From assembly GCA_029856145.1 (NCBI GenBank), contig JAHQWK010000002.1, positions 64,001 through 128,000 of the forward strand: a DNA stretch of 64,000 nt. The letters run 5' to 3'. The position numbers and the translations under genes were made by a program. Below, piece by piece: positions 48,513-59,112 of this stretch (position 1 is its first letter; the number at the start of each line of letters is the position of its first letter). The notes beneath the pieces were generated by a model. The model made no database searches. It worked only from the letters and a program-made list of their open reading frames with translations, and was not told the origin of the DNA. The stretch comes from Promethearchaeia archaeon (GTDB taxonomy: Archaea > Asgardarchaeota > Lokiarchaeia > Sigyniarchaeales > SOKP01).

Positions 48513-50012
48513 ATGATAGAAAGTATAAATCCAGCAACACTTGAATTAAATGGAAAAGTTAAAGAAACTGATTTAGAAAAACTTGACAAAATTTTTGAAA
48601 ATTCAAGAAAAGCTCAAAAAATATGGGCAAAATTACCATTGAAAGCAAGAGCGAGAAAAATTATTAAAGTCAATGAAGTGGTTTCTCAACAATTTGATGA
48701 AATTTCATTATTAATTTCAAAAGAAGTAGGGAAACCACCTTCGGAAGCTTTCACTAATGAGGTATATGGCGTAGTAGACTCAACATTTCATTATTATATT
48801 TCAGTAGAAGAAATATTAGGAAAAGTAGAAGAAATTCCTTTAGGATTTTATGAATCCTTGGATAAAAGAAGTTTTTTACTATATAAGCCCCTTGGTGTTA
48901 TATGTGTTATTGGTCCCTATAATTACCCTTTTGCTATACCTTTTCAACAAATCGTTCAAAGTCTTATGGCTGGTAATAGTGTAATCTTTAAACCCTCATC
49001 AGATACAGTTTTAGTTGGACAAAAGATTCAGGAAATTTTTGATAGTATTAATATACCTGAAAATCTTGTTCAAACCGTCTTTGGAGATGGTTCTAAGATA
49101 GGAAATTCTTTAGTTGACAAAGCAGATAAAATTTTATTCACGGGGAGCACCTCAACTGGAAAAAAAATAATGCAACGAGCAGCGCAAACTTTAACGGAGG
49201 TTACACTTGAACTTGGTGGGAAATCTGCAATGATCGTATTTCCAGATGCAGATATTGAAAGAGCGGTGTTAGCCGCAAGATGGGGTGTATTCACTAATTC
49301 CGGTCAAGTCTGCGCTTCAGTAAAAAGATTATATCTTCATTCAGATATCTATGACACCTTTTTAACTAAACTAATTCAATTAACAAAAGAATTGAAACAA
49401 GGAATTCCAACAGAACCAGGTGTGGATATTGGTGCAATGATAAATGAAGAACAATTAAACTTTGTAGATAAAATGGTTAAAATAGGTGTAGATGAAGGTG
49501 CTAAAATTTTAACAGGTGGTCAAAGAAATCCTAATTTTAAGGGTTATTTTTATGAACCAACGATTCTAGCTGATGCAACTAATGATATGAAAGTGGTTCA
49601 AGAAGAAATATTTGGACCTGTCCTAGTTGTATTAAAATTCACCAGTGATACTGAAGTTATTGAGATGGTTAATAACAATCAATATGGCTTGACCTCTTGT
49701 GTATGGACAAAGGATATAAAATTTGGTCAAAAAATAGCTGAAGAAATAGACACAGGTACGGTAATGATAAATGAAGTCGTTTATACTTTCGCTCTTGCAC
49801 CCACACCTTGGGGAGGCACAAAAAACTCTGGAATCGGGAGATCTCATGGGAAGTTAGGATTTTATGAAGTTGTAAGGCCTCTTCATATCAATATTGATCA
49901 ATATAAAGGTCCAGACCTATGGTGGATACCATATGATAACGATTATCAGGTTATTGTTGAGAATTTTAAAAATATAGCCAAAAGTCTAGTAGTACAGGAT
50001 TTAGATGATTAA
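48513..50012 (+). CDS. NAD(P)-dependent aldehyde dehydrogenase
   Basis: PYNYP, FTGST, LELGGK, catalytic GQVC, EEIFGP. Confidence 0.95.
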   Translation: MIESINPATLELNGKVKETDLEKLDKIFENSRKAQKIWAKLPLKARARKIIKVNEVVSQQFDEISLLISKEVGKPPSEAFTNEVYGVVDSTFHYYISVEEILGKVEEIPLGFYESLDKRSFLLYKPLGVICVIGPYNYPFAIPFQQIVQSLMAGNSVIFKPSSDTVLVGQKIQEIFDSINIPENLVQTVFGDGSKIGNSLVDKADKILFTGSTSTGKKIMQRAAQTLTEVTLELGGKSAMIVFPDADIERAVLAARWGVFTNSGQVCASVKRLYLHSDIYDTFLTKLIQLTKELKQGIPTEPGVDIGAMINEEQLNFVDKMVKIGVDEGAKILTGGQRNPNFKGYFYEPTILADATNDMKVVQEEIFGPVLVVLKFTSDTEVIEMVNNNQYGLTSCVWTKDIKFGQKIAEEIDTGTVMINEVVYTFALAPTPWGGTKNSGIGRSHGKLGFYEVVRPLHINIDQYKGPDLWWIPYDNDYQVIVENFKNIAKSLVVQDLDD

Positions 50013-50121
50013 ATGACGTATTACGTTTCACCAAAGTGAATTAGGGAAGAATATACTGAATATCAAAGGAGAACAAACGCATTGTTTCCGAATTTGAAAA
50101 AAAGAAAATTTAAGATTCAAA

Positions 50122-50565
50122 ATGAAAAAATTAACAATCAGGAATAATAAATATTTATTTTCGGCTTCCATTTCAATGCTGATTTATTCTATCCTCGAAA
50201 TTATAGATAGTATTGTAATTATCCTAATGGCACTAAATTTAATACCGAACCTTTCTTTAGTACTTAAGTTTTATGTTCCTATAATACAACAGCTATTAGA
50301 ATCTCAACCTCTAACTTTGGCACCCATTTTCTGGGCATTTACCTTAATGCGAGTTATTTCCACGATCGGTCTTTTTAAAAATTTATTATGGGGATTTTGG
50401 ATTGGGATAATAAGTTTAACGATTTCAATGCTCCTAGCTATTATATTTCTACCTTTTGGGGCTCTTGAACTTCTCGCATGTAGCGTAATCCTTATTCTAC
50501 TAATAGTTGGGTTTTGTGATAATCAACCAATCTTAAAGATTAAGAAAGAAAACTATAAGGATTAA
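50122..50565 (+). CDS. Hypothetical multi-TM membrane protein
   Basis: Four hydrophobic helices. Confidence 0.7.
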   Translation: MKKLTIRNNKYLFSASISMLIYSILEIIDSIVIILMALNLIPNLSLVLKFYVPIIQQLLESQPLTLAPIFWAFTLMRVISTIGLFKNLLWGFWIGIISLTISMLLAIIFLPFGALELLACSVILILLIVGFCDNQPILKIKKENYKD

Positions 50566-50681
50566 AATGATGAAATCCATACATAACTGATACATCATTG
50601 GCACTTTTCTCAGGTAGCATCCTCTCCCTTGAAGCAAAGATGGTGATGGTTCCGGAAAATTATAAAAATCTTTATATAATA

Positions 50682-51122
50682 TTACTTTGTTAATTTAATG
50701 CGAACCCATATTGGAGGAGATCCCAAATTGATTTTCTCAATATCATATTGATTTACAAATTGAGTTTTTTCTTTTATAGCTTTAAATTCATAAAAATTGT
50801 AAGTCATTTTTATTTGTTTTTTTAGGAAATGCGGAACAAATCTTTTAATTAAAAAAGTTTCTCCTTTCAAATTCGCTTTTATAGAGATTTTACTACTCTT
50901 ATTAAATCGTAAAATCTCTTTCATTGCATCCAATCCGCTTACAATCGGCATACGATGATCCATTATGATTATATCGGGTGTTTCAAGACCGTTTCTTATT
51001 TTCTCAATTGCTTCCTTGCCGTTACTAGCAAAATTTATCGTTTTAAATCCCGCTTCATCTAATATCATCTTATAAAGCATAAGCACAGAACGATCGTCGT
51101 CGACAACAAAGATTTTGGTGAT
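50682..51122 (-). pseudogene. Truncated CheY-like receiver domain
   Basis: ITKIFVVDDD..IIIMDHRMP..SGL present, but the S/T and KP motifs are replaced by unrelated sequence; no ATG before the DD motif. Confidence 0.65.
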
Positions 51123-51212
51123 GGGAATTCACCAATATTAAATATAATATAAATATTATATAAGAATTCGTTTATAATATTGTGGCATTAATAATCCTAT
51201 AGATCAACATAT

Positions 51213-51416
51213 AACTTCTTAGATAATGAATCCATTGAACATTACCATATGTAGAAGAGAAACCCGATTTTTTATCGCTTGTTTCGAGCATCTAATGGAA
51301 AGATTATCAATACCTATATAAATGCGACTTATAAGGTATTTAAAAAAGCATTCCCAAAGACTATTTTAGCTGATGGGAAAGAATATATAGGGTTATCTCC
51401 CTATTATATTTCTATA
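51213..51416 (+). mobile_element. tnpB: Decayed IS200/IS605 tnpB C-terminal remnant
   Basis: NFLDNESIEH..*KR..RLFRASNGKIINTYINATYKVFKKAFPK..ADGKEYIGLSP resembles the TnpB tail SFLDxE..RGLFRS..G..INADVNGAYNI.KKA.P..ADG.EG.GL.P; internal TAG; catalytic Asp lost. Confidence 0.7.
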
Positions 51417-51489
51417 TTGAGAGACTTCTCATTTATTGTTAAAAGTTACAATTTCATAATACAAAATCAAATATCAAAAAATAAAATCT

Positions 51490-52854
51490 TTACTGATCAA
51501 ACTCCTTTTTGCCGAAATCATCAATTATATTATAGATCTCATCAATTAATTCATCCCAATCAACCATTTTTTGTTCTTGAGAGATCATATTCCTAATAGT
51601 CACCTTTTTTTCCGATAGTTCTTCAGGTCCTACAATTACAACTATTATTACTCCTAATCCATTAGCTCTTTTTAGTTGATTTTTTAGATTTTTAAATCTA
51701 TAGTCTATCATGCATGGAAAATCTTCATCCCGAATAATCCTAGCTATTTCAAAAGCATATGTTGAGAGATCTTCACTTATAGAGGCTATGTAAATAGTGT
51801 CACTATAATCTTTCTCTTTAATTTCTTCGGGAATTAAATTATATGTTTTTAAGAATAAAGAAAGCGTATAAACTCCCATACCGAATCCAGTACCGGTTAT
51901 CTTTTCATCTGAAAATATCGATAATAAATCGTCATATCGACCTCCACCAAAAATACTCCTAATATTTTCTTTACCAGTATCGAATACTTCATAAATAATT
52001 CCTGTATAGTAATCAAGACCCCTTACTGTCCCAGAAGAAAACATGCAATAATTAGAAATATTCACTTCCTCTATTAATCGTTTAAAATTGATTATCTCAT
52101 TATAACCCTCAGATTTATAAAATTCTTCTGGAATATTATCAAACTTATTTAATAATTCTTCAACACTTTTAGCATCTTTTAATTTAAATATACCTTGAGT
52201 GATAAATTCATCTTGAAATGTATCAATTACATATTTTTCAAACTCGTCCTCTTCCATTTTATCTGATTTATCTAATACCTTGTAAAAAATTGGTAAATTA
52301 TCTTCACTTATTCTAAGTATAAGCTTACAAACTGAATCCATGAATCGTCGACTATTATAGTAAATTTGAAATTGGTGGGAAGTAGCACCAAATTCAGAAA
52401 ATATATCTACAATAATATTAAATATCTCAAGATCAGCATAAAGACTCTCTTCACCTAAAATATCTACGTTAGGTTGTTTAAATGCCCTTCGACGGCCTCT
52501 TTGTGGTCTTTCATACCTAAAACATGTCGGTATGGAAAACCACCTAATAGGCTTCTTAAGTTCTTGGCTTTTTTTAGCAATCATTCTTGCTAAGGAAGGT
52601 GTAAGCTCTGGGATTAAAATGAGTCTTTCTCCTTTTTTATTTTCAATAATGAATGACTGTTCATTAACCAATTCATCAGAAGATTTAGCCGCAAAAATTT
52701 CAATGGGTTCTAATTGTGGAGTTTCATATTCTTCATAGCAATATCTCTCTGCTACATCTCTTATGATTTCAATTATCCAATTGACTTCACGTAAATCAGG
52801 AGGATAATAATCATTCATACCTCTTAGGGGCTCTATAGAGAATTTTTTGGACAT
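51490..52854 (-). CDS. hisS: Histidyl-tRNA synthetase
   Basis: LRGMND, PELTPSLAR, FRYERPQRGR, VRGLDYYTG, GGGRYD, anticodon-binding domain. Confidence 0.96.
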   Translation of the reverse strand: MSKKFSIEPLRGMNDYYPPDLREVNWIIEIIRDVAERYCYEEYETPQLEPIEIFAAKSSDELVNEQSFIIENKKGERLILIPELTPSLARMIAKKSQELKKPIRWFSIPTCFRYERPQRGRRRAFKQPNVDILGEESLYADLEIFNIIVDIFSEFGATSHQFQIYYNSRRFMDSVCKLILRISEDNLPIFYKVLDKSDKMEEDEFEKYVIDTFQDEFITQGIFKLKDAKSVEELLNKFDNIPEEFYKSEGYNEIINFKRLIEEVNISNYCMFSSGTVRGLDYYTGIIYEVFDTGKENIRSIFGGGRYDDLLSIFSDEKITGTGFGMGVYTLSLFLKTYNLIPEEIKEKDYSDTIYIASISEDLSTYAFEIARIIRDEDFPCMIDYRFKNLKNQLKRANGLGVIIVVIVGPEELSEKKVTIRNMISQEQKMVDWDELIDEIYNIIDDFGKKEFDQ

Positions 52855-53016
52855 CAAATCACTTGCATTTTTTAAAACTATAATTACAATTAAATAAGAA
52901 TGAAAACAAATATTATTTTCTATTTTTATATTAAATTATGATAAAATTAGTAGATATCTTATTCATAATATCAATGAAAGAAATATTCTTTAAAGAAAAG
53001 ATTGTTTGAACAAAGT

Positions 53017-55635
53017 TCATGCTTGCCCACCATCATAGATAGTCCAACCAAAAGTATCTATGATAAATTGTCTTTCATCGGCGGCACCCGAGCTGTAATT
53101 TGAATTTCCACCGTGAAAGGTTACACCATCTTGCAAAGTCAATTGCGACCAACCGATTAACAAGCTATCGTAATTCGGTGTTGATAATGTAACACCCCAG
53201 AACATATCTTCCATATCTGTAACGCTGGAAACATCCCAGTTGCCGATATCTTGGTTGAATGAAGAAGCAATCCTGAACATAGATCCCATACTTATAACGT
53301 TGGAAACGTCCCAGTTGCCAATATCTTGGTTGAAAGAAGAAGCACGAAAGAACATTAACCACATGTTTTGAACGCTGGAAACGTCCCAGTTGCCAATATC
53401 TTGGTTGAAAGAAATAGCACTGTCGAACATAGACCCCATGATTATAACGCTGGAAACGTCCCAGTTGCCGATAGGTTGATTGAATGAATCAGCCTGATAA
53501 AACATGTGTCCCATGTCTATAACGCTGGAAACGTTCCAGTTGCCGATAGACTGGTTGAATGAAGAAGCTTCATAAAACATAGAACTCATGCTTATAACGC
53601 TGGAAACATCCCAGTTGCCAATATCTTGGTTGAAAGAAATTGCATAAAAGAACATAGACCCCATGCTTTCAACGCTGGAAACATCCCAATTGCCAATATC
53701 TTGGTTGAATGAAGAAGCACGACTGAACATGGACCCCATGTCTGTGACACTGGAAACATCCCAGTTGCCGATAGGTTGATTGAATGAATCAGCTTCATAA
53801 AACGTGTGTCCCATGTCTATAACGCTAGAGACATCCCAGTTGCCGATAGGTTGGTTGAATGAAGAAGCTTCATAAAACATAGAACTCATGCTTATAACGC
53901 TGGAAACATCCCATTTGCCAATATCTTGGTTGAAAGAAATTGCATAAAAGAACATAGACCCCATGCTTTCAACGCTGGAAACATCCCAATTGCCAATATC
54001 TTGGTTGAATGAAGAAGCACGACTGAACATGGACCCCATGTCTGTGACACTGGAAACATCCCAGTTGCCGATAGGTTGATTGAATGAATCAGCTTCATAA
54101 AACGTGTGTCCCATGTCTATAACGCTAGAGACATCCCAGTTGCCGATAGGTTGGTTGAATGAAGAAGCTTCATAAAACATAGAACCCATGCTTATAACGC
54201 TGGAAACATCCCATTTGCCAATATCTTGGTTGAAAGAAATAGCATAAAAGAACATAGACCCCATGCTTTTAACGCTGGAAACATCCCAGTTGCCGATAGG
54301 TTGATTGAATGAATCAGCTTCATAAAACGTGTGTCCCATGTCTATAACGCTAGAGACATCCCAGTTGCCGATAGGTTGATTGAATGAATCAGCTTCATAA
54401 AACGTGTGTCCCATGTCTATAACACTAGAGACATCCCAGTTGCCAATATCTTGGTTGAATGAAGAAGCACGACTGAACATGGACCCCATGTTTGTGACAC
54501 TGGAAACATCCCAGTTGCCGATATCTTGGTTGAATAAAGAAGCACCTATGAACATAGACCCCATATTTATAACGCTAGAAACATCCCAACTATTCATATT
54601 TCCGGTATCACCAAGATTAGTGCAACCTCTAAAAGCTTGATAAAGCGTAGTTATTCCCGTTAAATCTAAACTATCAGAAGCAGTAATATTTAAATTAGAA
54701 CATCCCCAGAAATAACTTCCTGAATTTCCTAATCCTAAGGCACCCCATTCTTTAACTTCAAGTAACTTTAATTTATCTCCCCCATCTTTAAAACTCCAAC
54801 CAATCAACGTACCATTTATTATAATGGTGTAAACGCCTTCTGAATCATATGTATGAGTTACTTCTTCTTGATTCCAGCTTATAATAGTGTCATAATTTCC
54901 ATCCCCCCAATTAACTGTAAAATCATAAAATCCTTGCGATTCCAATGGCAATTTAACTTGACTGCCATTGCTGGAACCTGGATTTGTTTTTTCTGTGTTC
55001 CATACCGAGATAAAGGTTAAATTAAGCCCTATTGTATCAATGAAAAACATATCTGAAGTTGTTCCGATATTTCCTGACGAATCGTTTGCCCAGACATGTA
55101 TAGTGTTCAAGCCTTCATTGAAAGTGATGTATTGTGCGGAGTTGTAAGTCACGTTCATACCGTTCCAGTTGTACCAGATGGTATCGACCGCAATGTTATC
55201 AGATGCCGAGATATTCAGTAATTGCGTAGCTGAATGATAAGTGATATTCGCAGGACTGTTTATTTCCACTGTTGGGATTATTGTATCAATGGTAAATGTA
55301 ATTGAAGTTTTTCCAATATTTCCCGCAAAATCGTTGGTCCATGCATATATGATGTTCATACCTTCTTCAAACGTGATGAATTGTGAGGAGGTGTAAGTTA
55401 TATTCATACCGTCCCAATTATACCAAATGGTATCGACTGCAATGTTATCTGATGCCGAGATATCTAGTAATTGCGTAGCTGCATGATAAGTGGTGTTCGT
55501 GGGACTGTTTATTTCCACTGTTGGGGGTATTGTATCAATCTTTTTTGAAGGGATTAATAACACAAAAACGACAATAATTGAACTTATGATAATAAATGAA
55601 GCTAAAAAGATCATCAAAATTTTTCTATTAACCAT
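53017..55635 (-). CDS. Surface protein with DUF285/PARCEL (BspA-like) 25-aa repeats
   Basis: N-terminal TM/signal, two [10 protein letters not shown] Ig-like repeats, PKD-like VNWGDG domain, WDVSSV..M..MF..A.SFNQ.IG repeats. Confidence 0.93.
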   Translation of the reverse strand: MVNRKILMIFLASFIIISSIIVVFVLLIPSKKIDTIPPTVEINSPTNTTYHAATQLLDISASDNIAVDTIWYNWDGMNITYTSSQFITFEEGMNIIYAWTNDFAGNIGKTSITFTIDTIIPTVEINSPANITYHSATQLLNISASDNIAVDTIWYNWNGMNVTYNSAQYITFNEGLNTIHVWANDSSGNIGTTSDMFFIDTIGLNLTFISVWNTEKTNPGSSNGSQVKLPLESQGFYDFTVNWGDGNYDTIISWNQEEVTHTYDSEGVYTIIINGTLIGWSFKDGGDKLKLLEVKEWGALGLGNSGSYFWGCSNLNITASDSLDLTGITTLYQAFRGCTNLGDTGNMNSWDVSSVINMGSMFIGASLFNQDIGNWDVSSVTNMGSMFSRASSFNQDIGNWDVSSVIDMGHTFYEADSFNQPIGNWDVSSVIDMGHTFYEADSFNQPIGNWDVSSVKSMGSMFFYAISFNQDIGKWDVSSVISMGSMFYEASSFNQPIGNWDVSSVIDMGHTFYEADSFNQPIGNWDVSSVTDMGSMFSRASSFNQDIGNWDVSSVESMGSMFFYAISFNQDIGKWDVSSVISMSSMFYEASSFNQPIGNWDVSSVIDMGHTFYEADSFNQPIGNWDVSSVTDMGSMFSRASSFNQDIGNWDVSSVESMGSMFFYAISFNQDIGNWDVSSVISMSSMFYEASSFNQSIGNWNVSSVIDMGHMFYQADSFNQPIGNWDVSSVIIMGSMFDSAISFNQDIGNWDVSSVQNMWLMFFRASSFNQDIGNWDVSNVISMGSMFRIASSFNQDIGNWDVSSVTDMEDMFWGVTLSTPNYDSLLIGWSQLTLQDGVTFHGGNSNYSSGAADERQFIIDTFGWTIYDGGQA
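53197..54588 (-). repeat. Coding tandem repeat: 18 full plus 1 partial 75-bp units with 300-bp higher-order periodicity
   Basis: Counted from the protein; units 5-15 recur with period 4. Confidence 0.9.
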
Positions 55636-55807
55636 TAGGTTATTGTCTAATAAATTTTATATAATGGGAATAAATAATAACATCAATATATATAAATGTT
55701 TTTATGATTGTTATTATTTCTCAAGTGAACTTGTGATTAACCTCGTAAATTAATAGTAGGAATATGCTAATATTATCTGCCAAAATGGCAAGCTGGCAGT
55801 AGAAAGT

Positions 55808-55918
55808 TTAACCGATAACATCCCTTGTTGTCTCGATAATCCAATTGTCTATTCTTAAATCTGAAGGATAATAGTCATTCATTCCTCTAAGTGGTTCTTT
55901 TAAAAATTTCTTTGACAT
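55808..55918 (-). pseudogene. Duplicated hisS 5' fragment (36 codons) with its upstream region
   Basis: MSKKFLKEPLRGMNDYYPSDLRIDNWIIETTRDVIG*; 27/34 identical to the hisS N-terminus; GACATCAAATCACTTG shared around both start codons. Confidence 0.9.
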
Positions 55919-56083
55919 CAAATCACTTGTATTCTCAATATCGATTATTACATTCTAAAAAGAAGGTTAGCAAATATTTTTTTCGATTCAACAATAAGCT
56001 TTTTCTAATTTACCATATGTAAATAAATAATATTTTAATTAAATTTTAATTATGATTTAACTAATTTTTTTGGAGAGATTTAA

Positions 56084-56731
56084 GTGTCAATAGAAGAATT
56101 TTACAAAGAGATTTCAACAGCTATTGTAAATTTAGATGAAGAAAAAGCTGTTGAATATGCAAATAAAGCCATAAAGGATAATATGCGGTTACTTGATGTA
56201 GTTGAAAAGGGATTTGCTGCGGGAATTCGGAAAGTTGGAGAGTTATGGGAAGAAGGAGAATTTTTCTTACCTGAGTTAATGAGAGGTGCCCAAATAATGC
56301 AAAAATGTTTGGATCTTCTAATTCCCCATCTTCAAAGTGCATCAGAAAAAATTTCACGTAGTACAGTAGTTATAGCTACCATCGAGGGTGATATTCACTC
56401 AATCGGAAAAACTATTGTAGCTACAATGTTAAGAGCTTATGGTTATGAGGTATATGATTTAGGAGCTGATGTTCCCGTTGAAAAAATTATAGAGGAAGCC
56501 ATTGAAAGAAAGGCAGATATCATTGGAGTTTCTGCTTTATTAACAACCACTATGACTGGTCAGAAGAAAGTTATTGAACTCTTAAAAGAAAAAAATCTAG
56601 CTAATAAATTCAAAGTAATTCTAGGTGGTGCCCCTGTAACAAATACTTGGGTAGAAGAATGCAATGCTGATGGTTTTGCTGACAATGCTATTGATGCCGT
56701 CAGATTGGTTAAATCTCTTTTAGATAAATAA
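56084..56731 (+). CDS. Methyltransferase cognate corrinoid protein (MttC/MtbC-like)
   Basis: Cap domain FFLPEL, B12 motif GDIHSIG, SALLTTT, GGAP. Confidence 0.93.
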   Translation: MSIEEFYKEISTAIVNLDEEKAVEYANKAIKDNMRLLDVVEKGFAAGIRKVGELWEEGEFFLPELMRGAQIMQKCLDLLIPHLQSASEKISRSTVVIATIEGDIHSIGKTIVATMLRAYGYEVYDLGADVPVEKIIEEAIERKADIIGVSALLTTTMTGQKKVIELLKEKNLANKFKVILGGAPVTNTWVEECNADGFADNAIDAVRLVKSLLDK

Positions 56732-56760
56732 AAATATTATTACTCATAGAAGATGATTAT

Positions 56761-57639
56761 ATGTCATTCCAAGATTGGTTAAAGGATGATTCTAAGATCG
56801 TACTCTTTGACGGAGCTATGGGGACAGAGCTGATCAAAAGAGAATTAGAGCCGGGAAAGGTTTCAGATCTTTTAAATATTGAGCAACCAGATATAATTTC
56901 TGAAATTCATAAATCCTATTATGATGCTGGCTCAGACATGTGCCAAACAAATACATTTGGCTCAACTCCTATGAATCTAAAACGACATAATCTTGAAGAC
57001 CGGATTGAAGAGATAATCGAGAATGCTTTAAAAATTATCAAAAAAGTCCGTCCTTCTGGATGCTTAATTGTTGGAGATATTGGCCCAACAGGAGAATTTA
57101 GACCACCAGTAGGAAATGCATCTAGTGATCAATGGTATTCTAGTTTTTCTAACCAAGCAAAATTATTAGAAAAAGGGGTTGATCTTTGGCATGTTGAAAC
57201 AATTTCTGATCTTGAAGAAATGTTAGCAGCAATAAAAGCAGTACGAGATGTTTCTCAGAAACCCTTGATTTCCTCAATCACGTATAAAAAAACTAAAAGA
57301 GGGTTCTTTACCATAATGGGAGATTCATTAGAAAAATGTATAGAAGCGTTGAATAATGAAAAAATAGATGTAATTGGAGCAAATTGTACATTAGGATCCA
57401 AAGATATGCTTGAATTATTAAAGACTGCTAAAAATTTTACTGATAAACCTATTTCTGTTAAACCTAATGCTGGCCAACCAGTAGTTAAAGGTGATAAAAC
57501 TTATTATAAACAACCCGTAGAAGATTTTGTTAATGACATTCGTGAAATGATCGAATTTGGAGCCAAAATTGTAGGGGGTTGTTGTGGTACGTCTCCAAAA
57601 ACGATTAAGGAAATACGTAAAATTATTGATTCAATTTAA
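56761..57639 (+). CDS. Homocysteine S-methyltransferase domain protein (split MetH-like)
   Basis: DGAMGT, TNTFG, GANC, KPNAG, Zn-binding GGCCGT. Confidence 0.93.
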   Translation: MSFQDWLKDDSKIVLFDGAMGTELIKRELEPGKVSDLLNIEQPDIISEIHKSYYDAGSDMCQTNTFGSTPMNLKRHNLEDRIEEIIENALKIIKKVRPSGCLIVGDIGPTGEFRPPVGNASSDQWYSSFSNQAKLLEKGVDLWHVETISDLEEMLAAIKAVRDVSQKPLISSITYKKTKRGFFTIMGDSLEKCIEALNNEKIDVIGANCTLGSKDMLELLKTAKNFTDKPISVKPNAGQPVVKGDKTYYKQPVEDFVNDIREMIEFGAKIVGGCCGTSPKTIKEIRKIIDSI

Positions 57640-57667
57640 AAACAAATAATCTCAAGAGTGTAAACAA

Positions 57668-59092
57668 ATGTCAATTATTAGACCAAAGATTAAAATATTA
57701 GATAAGGAACATAAACAAAAGATTTTGGAAGAAGCTAAAGTGATTCTCGAAACTCAGGGAGTTTTTATAGAGAATCATGAAGCAATTGACTTATTTAATC
57801 AACATGATATAAATCATGAAGGTTCACGCTATTTTATCCCACCGGATTTAATTAATAAATGTTTAGAAACTGTACCAAATGAAATCACACTTTATGACAG
57901 AGATGGTAATGAACATATTACTTTAAAGGAGGATAACGTTAATTTTGATCCTGGATCTGCTGCAATTTTCATACTTGATGAGGAAACAGGAGATATTCGA
58001 GAAGGGGTGTCAAGGGATTTCATAAGATTCTCAAAGGTAGTTGAGCATTTAAAATTTATTGATGCTCAAAGTACGGCATTAATTTATAATGATGTTCCAA
58101 AGGACGCTCAAGATTGGCATAGATTATATCTGGCTTTGTCTAATTGTTATAAACCCGTTGTAACTGGAACATTTCGCAAAGAAAGCTTCTCGATTATGCG
58201 AGAAATTCTATTAACGTGTAGGTTATCGGAAGATGATTTAGCTAGAAAACCACTTGCTATATTTGATGCATGCCCAAGTCCACCTCTTAAATGGTCTGAT
58301 CTTACAACTCAATCATTGATTGATGCTGCTAGAAGTATGATCCCTTCTGAATTTGTTTCAATGCCTTTAGCAGGGGCAAGTGCTCCAATCACTCTAATTG
58401 GGTCAATAACTCAACATTGTGCTGAATGTCTTGCTGGAGTAGTAATTGTTCAACTCACTAAACGCGGAGCGCCCTTAATATGGGGTGGTTCTCCTGCCGT
58501 ATTTGATATGAAACACGGTACAACTCCAATGGGTGCCATAGAAACAATGATGATAAATCTTGGAGACGTAGAGATGGGTAAATTCTTGAAGTTACCTACT
58601 CATGCATACATGGCACTAAGCGATTCAAAAATACCTGACGCTCAAGCCGGTTTTGAAGCGGGTATGGGGGCTCTACTAGCAGGGTTAGCCGGTATTAATA
58701 TGATTTCTGGACCGGGAATGCTCGATTTTGAATCAACTCAAAGTATTGAAAAGTTAATTATTGATAATGAAATAGTAGGAATGGTTAAAAGATTACTTCA
58801 AGGTATTGAAGATCATGGATCTCCATTCGCCTCAGAAATCCTAAAAGACTATGAAGATAAAGAAGAACTTCTATCTCACTCATCAACTTTAAAGTATTTC
58901 AGAAAAGAATTATTTCTCCCAAGTCCAATAATAGATAGAATGACACGTGATTCATGGAAAGAAAAAGGGTCAAAATCCGCCAGAAAGAGAGCTAAAGAAC
59001 AAGCTTCTAAAATTTTAAGTAAAACTTCCACACATCCAATTGAAGAAAATCTAACAAGGGAATTAGAAAAGATTGCTCTTAAAAATTTATAA
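57668..59092 (+). CDS. Non-pyrrolysine MttB-superfamily methyltransferase
   Basis: SPPL, MPLAGASAPITL.G, DMKHG, SDSKIPDAQAGFE; Leu at the Pyl-equivalent position and no in-frame TAG. Confidence 0.9.
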   Translation: MSIIRPKIKILDKEHKQKILEEAKVILETQGVFIENHEAIDLFNQHDINHEGSRYFIPPDLINKCLETVPNEITLYDRDGNEHITLKEDNVNFDPGSAAIFILDEETGDIREGVSRDFIRFSKVVEHLKFIDAQSTALIYNDVPKDAQDWHRLYLALSNCYKPVVTGTFRKESFSIMREILLTCRLSEDDLARKPLAIFDACPSPPLKWSDLTTQSLIDAARSMIPSEFVSMPLAGASAPITLIGSITQHCAECLAGVVIVQLTKRGAPLIWGGSPAVFDMKHGTTPMGAIETMMINLGDVEMGKFLKLPTHAYMALSDSKIPDAQAGFEAGMGALLAGLAGINMISGPGMLDFESTQSIEKLIIDNEIVGMVKRLLQGIEDHGSPFASEILKDYEDKEELLSHSSTLKYFRKELFLPSPIIDRMTRDSWKEKGSKSARKRAKEQASKILSKTSTHPIEENLTRELEKIALKNL

Positions 59093-59112
59093 TATTCTCA
59101 TTTACTTTTTTG

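Noticed and set aside
51279-51596. 105-aa ORF as a functional gene
   Set aside because: The 5' part is a decayed tnpB tail and the 3' part is antisense overlap with hisS.
53197-54588. CRISPR array or DGR template/variable repeat
   Set aside because: Units are in-frame 75-bp coding repeats without unique spacers; differences are not adenine-specific; no cas or reverse transcriptase gene in the window.
57668-59092. Pyrrolysine-containing MttB
   Set aside because: The ORF is uninterrupted and has Leu before SDSK at the Pyl-equivalent site.
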